Shown here one piece after another: positions 1 to 7,146 of a stretch of DNA of 7,146 nt. Both the position numbers and the translations under genes were made by a program. This DNA is from Octopus sinensis (Eukaryota). Position 1 is the stretch's first letter. Each line of letters starts with the position of its first letter. The notes under the pieces are model-generated. The model did no database searches. It was given only the letters and a program-made list of their open reading frames with translations, and was not told the origin of the DNA. The DNA lies in NCBI RefSeq assembly GCF_006345805.1, contig NW_021829105.1:1-7146 (forward strand), read 5' to 3'.

Positions 1-122
1 CGGACCCAGTGCGTAACTGCTACTTAATTTGACGGAATTTGAACTCAGAACGTAGCAGCAGACGAAATACCACAAAGCAATTCGCCCGGCGTGCTAACGT
101 TTCTGCCAGCTCGTCGCATTTC
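1..122 (-). mobile_element. tRNA-type SINE (family A), head and partial body, internally deleted, runs off the left window edge
   Basis: The reverse complement of 81-113 is identical over 33 nt to 2121-2153 (CGAGCTGGCAGAAACGTTAGCACGCCGGGCGAA). The B box GAGTTCAAATTCC is at 34-46 (minus). The body motif CAGTTACGCACTGGG matches the array units. About 36 nt of core is missing near position 30. Confidence 0.88.
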
Positions 123-148
123 ACACTCAACTAATATTGGTTTCAATT

Positions 149-525
149 TGGTAGTGGTGGTGGTAGTGGTGGTGGTGGTGGTGGTGGTGGTGGTGGTGGT
201 AGTGGTGGTGGTGGTGAGGTTGTGGTGGTGGTGGTGGTGGTGTGGTGTGGTGGTGATGGTGCTGGTGCAGGTGGTGGTGCTGCTGAAGATGATGAGGATG
301 AGGATAATGATGATGATGATGATGATGACGATGATGACGATGATGATGATGATGGTGATGATGGTGATGATGGTGATAACTATAACATTGATGAAATTGA
401 TGATGATGTTGATGATAATGATGATTATGATGATGTCTACGACGACGTCGACGAGGATGATAACGATGATTATCTCGATAATTATGATAGTGGTGGTGGT
501 GGTGGTGGTTGTAGTGGTGGTGGTG
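149..525. repeat. Compound trinucleotide microsatellite (GGT)n-(GAT)n-(GGT)n
   Basis: Direct reading of the sequence. It explains the poly-V/M/H/D/G ORFs at 91-579. Confidence 0.95.
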
Positions 526-613
526 ACACTCGTGGGGTGTACGGTTTGCAGTGATAGATAGGCTGGGCTGAATCAGCATTCATGTTTAAACTGCTTAGCG
601 TAACACTATACAT

Positions 614-680
614 CACACACACACACACACACGATATATATATATATCGATATATATATATTATATATATATTTATATAT
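614..680. repeat. (CA)n followed by imperfect (TA)n microsatellite
   Basis: Direct reading. Confidence 0.95.
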
Positions 681-812
681 AGCCTCCGGGTGTCATCATA
701 TATTCTGGGGTATTCTCTGTGTGACGCCCCAATGTTGGATTGGGGTATTCAGTCGTGTTTAGCATTTGAGTGTTGACAGCAGAGAGTGGAGTGAAGGCGA
801 AGAAAGAATTAC

Positions 813-833
813 AAAAAAAAAAAAAAAAAAAAA
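813..833. repeat. Poly-A tract (21 nt); a second A14 tract lies at 1009-1022
   Basis: Direct reading. Confidence 0.9.
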
Positions 834-1458
834 CAGAAAATGTCTTGCAGAAAGGAAGTGGGTTTAAAGACAGGTGCTGAGATTTTGGTTACATATCGTT
901 TTGAATTTCATGGCGAAAGAAAAATATTAGTGAATTCTTCCTTTAAATTACTATTTTTGTTTTTGCAAAACTTTTCTGCGTAAAAAGAAACAAAAAAGAG
1001 AAACATGGAAAAAAAAAAAAAACGCCCTCATTTAAAGTTACATCTGTGAATAACGCTAGAAAAAAAAACCTTGAGATTTCTGAGTAATTTAGGCGAGAAT
1101 ATAATACTGATACGCAGAGAAGGTTTAAATGAGGTCTTGGGATTTCTGTGTTAATAAGACAAAGAATATCATTGTGATATGCTTGGAAGGTTAAAATTAA
1201 AGAGGCTTTTGTAATTCTTAGCAATCTAGACTCAAAAATATAATGGCTTCTCGAGTATAGAAGATTAAAATGTTGCTGAGATTCCTTGACAGTTTAGATA
1301 AGAATGTGGTTGGTGGCCAACATTCAGGTTTGCATATCTGTGGGATAAAGATAGGTCGGGAGTGGTCTCCAAAGGGTTGTGACAGCTCTGGGAGAAATGG
1401 AGAAATGGTTGAACAAAGTGCTGGTTCTAGAGTTTGTTTCAAATGGTTAAACGGTAAA

Positions 1459-1665
1459 TCTTTTATTCTTTTATTTGTTTCAGCCATTAGACTATGGCCA
1501 TGCTGGGGCACCGCCTTCAAGGATTTTTTCCAGAATCAATCTCCGCTCCCACATCCAAGTACGTATTTTTGTTTCTTAAACCTGGTAGTTTTTCTGTCAA
1601 TCCCTTTTTGCCGAACTGCTAAGTTACGGTGATGGAGGACAAACACAAACACAAAACCACAGACA
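1459..1665 (-). mobile_element. Diverged SINE-like interspersed repeat (family C), related core, (ATAAAAGA)2 tail
   Basis: Minus strand 1604-1582 (GGGATTGACAGAAAAACTACCAG) matches the family A core GGGGTCGATAAATTAAGTACCAG at 16/23. The 3' part reads AAGGCGGTGCCCCAGCATGGCC...GAAACAAATAAAAGAATAAAAGA. It resembles an abundant octopus repeat as I recall it (not verified). Boundaries are approximate. Confidence 0.5.
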
Positions 1666-1672
1666 TATTTTT

Positions 1673-1881
1673 TTATTATTATTATTATTGTTGAAGTTGT
1701 TGTTGTGTTGTTGTTGTTATTATTATTATTGTTGTTGTTGTTGTTGTAGTTGATGTTGTTATTATTATCATTATTATTATTATTGTTATTATTATTATTG
1801 TTGTTGTTGTTATTATTATTATTATTGTTATTGTTGTTATTATTATTATTATTATTGTTGTTATTATTATTATTATTGTTG

Positions 1882-1927
<46 letters not shown>

Positions 1928-1929
1928 TA
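1673..1929. repeat. (ATT)n/(GTT)n microsatellite
   Basis: Direct reading. It explains the poly-N and poly-L ORFs. Confidence 0.97.
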
Positions 1930-2112
1930 CATGTCAATGAATTGTTGAAAGAACAAACGAAAATAAATCTGCTGATTATTTTTTTAAAACTTATTGATTT
2001 CTCTTGTTATTTTTATAACCTGTTGTCTGTAGTAAATGTAATTGCAATTAATAAAAATGTTTGCAGGGTTGGAACAACGAATGGCAACAAAAAAATTGCT
2101 ACATGGTATTTA

Positions 2113-3172
2113 GAAGGCGGCGAGCTGGCAGAAACGTTAGCACGCCGGGCGAAATGCTTAGCGATATTTTGTCTGTCGTTACGTTCTGAGTTCAAATTCC
2201 GCCGAGGTCGATAAATTAAGTACCAGTTACGCACTGGGGTCGATATAATCGACTTAATCCGTTTGTCTGTCCTTGTTTGTCCCCTCTATGTTTAGCCCCT
2301 TGTGGGTAGTAAAGAAATAGGTATTTCGTCTGCCGTTACGTTCTGAGTTCAAATTCCGCCGAGGTCGACTTTGCCTTTCATCCTTTCGGGGTCGATAAAT
2401 TAAGTACCAGTTACGCACTGGGTCGATATAATCGACTTAATCCGTTTGTATGTCCTTGTTGTCCCCTTATGTTTAGCCCCTGTGGGCAGTAAAGAAATAG
2501 GTATTTCGTCTGCCGTTACGTTCTGAGTTCAAATTCCGCCGAGGTCGACTTTGCCTTCATCCTTTCGGGGTCGATAAATAAGTACCAGTTACGCACTGGT
2601 CGATATAACGACTTAATCCGTTTGTATGTCCTTGTTTGTCCCCTCTATGTTAGCCCCTGTGGGCAGTAAAGAAATAGGTATTTCGTCTGCCGTTACGTTC
2701 TGAGTTCAAATTCCGCCGAGGTCGACTTTGCCTTTCATCCTTTCGGGGTCGATAAATTAAGTACCAGTTACGCACTGGGTCGATATAATCGACTTATCCG
2801 TTTGTCTGTCCTTGTTTGTCCCCTCTATGTTTAGCCCCTTGTGGGCAGTAAAGAATAGGTATTTCGTCTGCCGTTACGTTCTGAGTTCAAATTCCGCCGA
2901 GGTCGACTTTGCCTTCATCCTTTCGTGGTCGATAATTAAGTACCAGTACGCACTGGGGTCGATAAATCGACTAATCCGTTTGTATGTCCTTGTTTGTCCT
3001 CTCTGTGTTTAACCCCTTGTGGGTAGTAAAGAATAGTATTTCGTCTGCCGTTACGTTCTGAGTTCAAATTCCACCGAGGTCGACTTTGCCTTTCATCCTT
3101 TCGGGGTCGATAAATTAAGTACCAGTTACGCACTGGGGTCGATGTAATCGACTTAATCCGTTTGTCTGTCCT
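2113..3172 (+). mobile_element. SINE family A head followed by a head-to-tail tandem array of SINE body+tail units (184-bp consensus)
   Basis: The head starts GAAGGCGGCGAGCTGG at 2113. Later units start at 2320, 2500, 2677, 2858 and 3036. Complete internal units are 180, 177, 181 and 178 bp, and the last unit is truncated at 3172. Each unit carries a B box and the core GGTCGACTTTGCCTTTCATCCTTTCGGGGTCGATAAATTAAGTACCAG, which resembles the Meta-type SINE core domain from recall (unverified); the first copy has lost 27 nt of this core. Confidence 0.93.
2126..2200 (+). promoter_or_regulatory. RNA Pol III type-2 internal promoter (A box + B box) of the SINE head
   Basis: A-box-like TGGCAGAAACG at 2126-2136 and B-box-like GAGTTCAAATTCC at 2188-2200. 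GGCGG (2116-2120) can pair with CCGCC (2199-2203) like a tRNA acceptor stem. A TTTT at 2167-2170 (TTTC in other copies) may terminate this copy early. Confidence 0.7.
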
Positions 3173-4260
3173 AACACTACACCCCACTACCGCAACCACT
3201 GCAACTTCACCGTAACTATCATCTCACGACCACGCCACTATCACAACCGCTACCACACCACCATTATCACTGTAACCACACCACAACCACAACCACCACT
3301 GCCTCCACTACCATAACAGACCACCGTCATCACCACCACAACCATCACCGCCACCAGAATCATGGCCACCACTACCACCAGTACAACTACCATCGCCACC
3401 ACCATCACAGCCACCACTACCACAACCACTACCACCACCAGAACAACCACTGCCACCACGACCACTACCCTCACCAACGCCGCCACCACCATCATAATCA
3501 CAACTATCACCACCACCACAACCACTACCAGCACTACAACCACCACCGCCTCCACTACCACCAATACAACTACCATCGCCACCACCATCACAGCCACCAC
3601 TACCACAACCACTACCACCACCAGAACAACCACTGCCACCACGACCACTACCCTCACCAACGCCGCCACCACCATCATAATCACAACTATCACCACCACC
3701 ACAACCACTACCAGCACTACAACCACCACCGTCATCACCACCACCAATACAACTACCGTCGCCACCACCATCACAGCCACCACTACCACAACCACTACCA
3801 CCACCAGAACAACCACTGCCACCACGACCACTAACCCTCACCAACGCCGCCACCACCATCATAATCACAACTCTCAACCACCACCACCACAACCACTCCA
3901 GCACCTACAACCACTCACCGTCATCACCACCACCAATACAACTACCGTCGCCAACAACTACCGTCTCCACACCATCACAGCCACCACTACCACAACCACT
4001 ACCACCACAACCACTACCCTCACCAACGCCGCCACCACCATCATAATCAAAACTATCACCACAATCCACAACCACTACCAGCACTACAACCACCACCGCC
4101 TCCACTACCACCAATACAACTACCATCGCCACCACCATCACAGCCACCACTACCACCAACAGAACAACCACTGCCACCACAACCACTACCCTCACCAACG
4201 CCGCCACCTTCATAATCCCAACTATCACCACCACCACCACCGCCACCACCACCACTGTGA
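3173..4260. repeat. ACC/CAC-rich cryptic trinucleotide repeat with a 183-bp higher-order unit (~5 copies, ~3370-4260)
   Basis: The anchor C(A/G)TCGCCA recurs at 3391, 3574, 3757, 3946 and 4124 (spacings 183, 183, 189, 178). This appears as a 61-aa Thr-rich period in ORF 3362-4390. Confidence 0.92.
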
Positions 4261-4451
4261 CAGCCGCCAATGTTCGCCATTGTTTTCCGCTCTATTCATT
4301 ATGGAAGACTTATGGCGCTGCGTGAGTTACGTCAAACAAAACAGATATTACTGCAGTCACCTGCTAATTGGATTAGTCATGTCTGGCTAATTGTTTCACA
4401 TCAACCCCCACCCCCGTTCACCCCCCTTTTCTCCACCCATTTAGTTGGATC

Positions 4452-4453
<2 letters not shown>

Positions 4454-4492
<39 letters not shown>

Positions 4493-4560
4493 CCCCTCTC
4501 CCTCACTCTCTCTCCCCTTCTCTCCCTCTGTCTCCCCTTCTCTCCCTCTCTCTCTCACTC
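4454..4560. repeat. (CT)n microsatellite, degenerate to the right
   Basis: Direct reading. Confidence 0.93.
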
Positions 4561-4756
4561 ATTATCCATCTATCTCACTTTGCCTTTATATCCCCCCCAC
4601 CTCTGCTAATTGGCTTCGTCTTAACATTGCTGATGCTAATAAGACAGAGATAGCTTAATTACTGTTGCAATTTATAAATAGTAAACACGGTGGCATCAGT
4701 TGTAATCTAACAGAAACAGCGACCAGGTTCGATCCTGAACTGTTAATTCTTTCAAA

Positions 4757-4793
4757 TTATCATTTTTATCATTATTATTATTATTATTGTTGC

Positions 4794-4830
<37 letters not shown>

Positions 4831-4846
4831 ATCATTATTATTATTA
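4757..4846. repeat. (ATT)n/(GTT)n microsatellite
   Basis: Direct reading. Confidence 0.93.
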
Positions 4847-5016
4847 CTTTTCTTTCTTCAAATTTTCTTCCATTTCTTGCCGGGTGTTTTTCCGTACACC
4901 TAGGGCAGAGAAGCTCATTGTATGCATTCCCAGATTACACGCGCAAATTCATAGGTAAAATATGTATTTTAAAAATTAATAAAATAAATTCATGAGTGGA
5001 TGTTGTTTTCACAGCG

Positions 5017-5033
5017 TATTATTATTATTATCA

Positions 5034-5086
<53 letters not shown>

Positions 5087-5090
5087 TTAA

Positions 5091-5139
<49 letters not shown>

Positions 5140-5167
5140 ATATTTTATTATCATTATTATTATATTA

Positions 5168-5214
<47 letters not shown>
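5017..5214. repeat. (ATT)n microsatellite
   Basis: Direct reading. It explains the poly-I/Y/L ORFs. Confidence 0.97.
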
Positions 5215-5429
5215 GAAGGCGGCGAGCTGACAGAAAGGTTAGCACGCTGGACGAAATCCTTAGCGGTATTTCGCCCGTTGCTACACTCTGAGTTCAAGTC
5301 CCTCTGAGGTCGACTTTGTCTTTCATCCTTTCGGGGGTCGATAAATTAAGTACCAGTTGCGTACTGAGGTCGATCTAATCGACTGTCCCCCTCCACCCAA
5401 ATTTCAGGCCTTATGCCTATAGTAGAAAG
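5215..5429 (+). mobile_element. Full-length monomeric tRNA-type SINE (family B: same head and core as A, different tail) embedded in (ATT)n
   Basis: Starts GAAGGCGGCGAGCTG. A-box-like TGACAGAAAGG at 5228-5238, B box GAGTTCAAGTCC at 5290-5301, intact core. It is colinear with family A up to ATCGACT (5384), then continues with a different tail ending AGTAGAAAG followed by (TAT)n. Confidence 0.92.
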
Positions 5430-5466
5430 TATTATTATTATTGTTGTTGTCGTTATCAATATGATG

Positions 5467-5505
<39 letters not shown>

Positions 5506-5515
5506 TTTTTTTTTA
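5430..5515. repeat. (ATT)n tract shared by the SINE tail (+) and the LINE tail (-)
   Basis: Direct reading. Confidence 0.93.
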
Positions 5516-6509
5516 AATAAAATATGGTCCGTTGTCTTCTGCTGAAACGGGGTCATTCCTTGACCCTAGGGTGACAGCAGGTCCTCATCTCATGGAGAGT
5601 ACACGGCGTAAAATGTGTGCAGAACGTAGCAACACTTATTTTCTGAAGTTCTCCCACGTTAACACTGCAAGGAAGTTTGTTGAGCTGCTTATCAAGTCCC
5701 TTTTTAATTAGCCCTAACACTCCAATCACCACTGGTGTTGTGCTGCTTTTCATTCCCCACATCTTGGTCACTTCTATTTCTAGGTCTTTGTACTTAAATA
5801 ACTTCTCAACTTCTTTAATGGACACATTTCTCTCTGATAATACTGTCACATCTATCATTAAGCATTTCTCATTCTTCTAATCTTTGATGATTATGTCCGG
5901 CTTGTTTGTCTTGATTTCTTTATCCGTGTTGATTGGCATGTCTCAGAGCACTGTTACTTCATCTTTTCCGGTCACAGTTTCAGGATTATGCTGGCACCAT
6001 CCTTCTGAAATTGGAACCTTGTAGTGCTTACATATCTTCCAATGGATATATTGCGCTACTCTATCGTGTCTGCGAATATATTCGATTTTTGCAAGCGCTG
6101 TGCATCCAGTTAAGATGTGGTCTACTGTTTCATCCTGCTCATGACACATTCTGCATTTCGGGTCAGTGCCATCGTTCATTATTTTGTTGTGGTAAGCCCT
6201 GATTGCCAAGATTTGATTTTGTGCTACTATGATGATAAAACCTTCGGTTTCAGCCTACAGTCTTGAGCTCTTCATCCATACATCAGTGTCGTTTTTCTAC
6301 GTCTGGTTTGTTCACTCTACATAAGTATCGTCCTTGCATCGATTTTTCTAGCCATTCTTCTTTGCTCTTCTTCTGGGCTTGTTTTTTTCATCTCTTTTAG
6401 CAAACTGGATTACTTTCTCCCTCACCTTCATCCTAGGTTCCTCCGTCATCACTTGTTTCTTAAACTGTACAGATTCTTTGTATACCGAGTATAGCTTCTT
6501 TACTTTATC
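5516..6509 (-). mobile_element. 5'-truncated non-LTR retrotransposon of the restriction-like endonuclease (RLE) group, R4/Dong-like
   Basis: The reconstructed protein reads W..KSMQGRY...TDVWMKSSRL*AETEGFII.VAQNQ.LAIRAY; CCHC knuckle CRMC-x8-H-x4-C (6102-6155); RHD (6063-6071); KPD (PD at 5895-5900); IDV..., K..KYKDL; PVVIGVLG; LLRSAHILRRVLS. This motif order is established for the C-terminus of R4/Dong-type ORFs. A short 3' UTR and an A/(TAA)n tail follow. The RT domain is absent. Confidence 0.88.
5585..6509 (-). pseudogene. Disrupted C-terminal part of the retrotransposon ORF (post-RT region, zinc knuckle, RLE domain)
   Basis: ORFs 5943-6209 and 5553-5858 are in the same frame. In-frame stops lie at 6255-6257 (TAG), 5943-5945 (TGA, at an expected W) and 5877-5879 (TAG). 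Frameshifts lie near 6385, 6295 and 5637. The inferred true stop is TGA at 5585-5587. Confidence 0.85.
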
Positions 6510-6542
<33 letters not shown>

Positions 6543-6545
6543 ATA
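6510..6545. repeat. (TA)n microsatellite at the LINE 5' truncation point
   Basis: Direct reading. Confidence 0.95.
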
Positions 6546-6622
6546 ATTTAGGATAAAAGTTTTCGAAAGAAATTCTATCAATGGCCAGCATATTAAAAAA
6601 TACCTTTAAAGGTTAAATTCAT

Positions 6623-7082
6623 AAACAATTTATAGCTAAGGGCAAGGGAAAAATTTTCTAATGCCAAAATATGCCTAAAATAGACACAACGTCAATAACC
6701 ATGTAATTTATCACTATAAGCCCGTATTTCGAGGAAGGCCAACAGAAATTTCTTTAAAAATCCCGTTATTACCATATTGGACCCGATTTCAGAGTTAGTT
6801 CATAAGAACCTTAAGGTTCTTTTAAACTATTAAAAATGAAATTATTAAATGTGAAACAATATAGGTACTTTTTGGTTATCTCACCCCCATTAAAAAATTG
6901 GGTTATCTCCCCACTAAAAAGTTGAGTGTATGTGGCGAACCTTAATTTTTTAGAAATTTTTGTCGGCTTTCTTTGAAATACGTGCTTATAGTGATAAATT
7001 ACATGGTTATTGACGTTGTGTCCATTTTCGGCATATTTTGGCATTAGAATTTTTTTCTTTTGCCCTTACTTATAAATTGTTT
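6623..7082. mobile_element. Foldback / MITE-like non-autonomous DNA element with 131-bp inverted arms
   Basis: 6623-6753 aligns without gaps to the reverse complement of 6952-7082 at 117/131 by manual count, including 39 nt of perfect match (6683-6721). The spacer is 198 bp and shows no coding signal. TA lies at both outer edges. Superfamily not determined. Confidence 0.8.
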
Positions 7083-7104
7083 TATATATATATATATATA
7101 TATA
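7083..7104. repeat. (TA)n microsatellite abutting the right inverted arm
   Basis: Direct reading. Confidence 0.95.
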
Positions 7105-7146
7105 ATACAATAAGATGGTTTGTCTGGGATTACTCATATCAGACGG

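Noticed and set aside
91-579. Three long ORFs (poly-V/M, poly-H, poly-D/G)
   Set aside because: They are translations of (GGT)n/(GAT)n microsatellites, which lack stops by composition.
943-1632. ORFs 943-1224, 1218-1520 and 1270-1632 as host exons
   Set aside because: I recognise no motifs, the frames overlap on opposite strands, and part of the region is a diverged repeat.
2105-2111. GGTATTT upstream of the head as a target-site duplication or an earlier unit start
   Set aside because: It is only 7 nt, and there is no matching sequence at the array's right end (3173 onward).
2113-2203. SINE head as a genuine tRNA gene
   Set aside because: A-to-B box spacing is 64 nt, the T stem pairs poorly, and it is followed by SINE core and tail in multiple copies.
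1536-2214. Poly-N and poly-L ORFs, and likewise the poly-I/Y/C ORFs at 4665-5307
   Set aside because: They are translations of (ATT)n/(GTT)n microsatellites.
2293-2305. TAGCCCCTTGTGG as a substitute A box upstream of each unit's B box
   Set aside because: It lacks the conserved AR positions of TRGCNNARYNG and is better explained by the tail hairpin.
2320-3172. Array as a CRISPR array or a hammerhead retrozyme
   Set aside because: There are no unique spacers, as whole units repeat. I found no CUGANGA hammerhead core on either strand of the unit. An Infernal search against Rfam ribozyme models would be the definitive test.
3250-4390. 342-aa Thr/His-rich ORF and opposite-strand Val- and Gly/Ser/Cys-rich ORFs as a mucin or structural protein
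   Set aside because: Long open frames occur on both strands because of the ACC composition. The plus-strand frame shifts from Thr to His at indels, and there is no signal peptide or recognisable domain.
4577-4593. ACTTTGCCTTTATATCC resembling the SINE core ACTTTGCCTTTCATCC
   Set aside because: It is an isolated 11-nt match in a pyrimidine-rich tract with no flanking similarity.
6811-7044. 77-aa ORF inside the foldback element as a transposase remnant
   Set aside because: It shows no DDE or HTH motif and is short enough to be chance in AT-rich DNA.

Overview
Repeat-dense, AT-rich eukaryotic non-coding DNA with no recognisable host gene. It is most likely a coleoid cephalopod (Octopus-like); that assignment rests on my recall of the SINE family, not a search. 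Contents: (1) several copies of a tRNA-type SINE with Pol III A/B boxes, one of which continues into a head-to-tail array of ~184-bp headless units (2113-3172); (2) an ACC-rich repeat with a 183-bp higher-order period (3173-4260); (3) a dead, 5'-truncated R4/Dong-like non-LTR retrotransposon (CCHC knuckle plus restriction-like endonuclease, minus strand, ~5516-6509); (4) a ~460-bp foldback/MITE-like element with 131-bp inverted arms (6623-7082); (5) many microsatellites, which account for most of the listed ORFs. The most interesting signals are in the SINE array: a fixed junction at which the monomer ends can base-pair, and a 3' hairpin whose stem covaries within the array and between two SINE tails of unrelated sequence.
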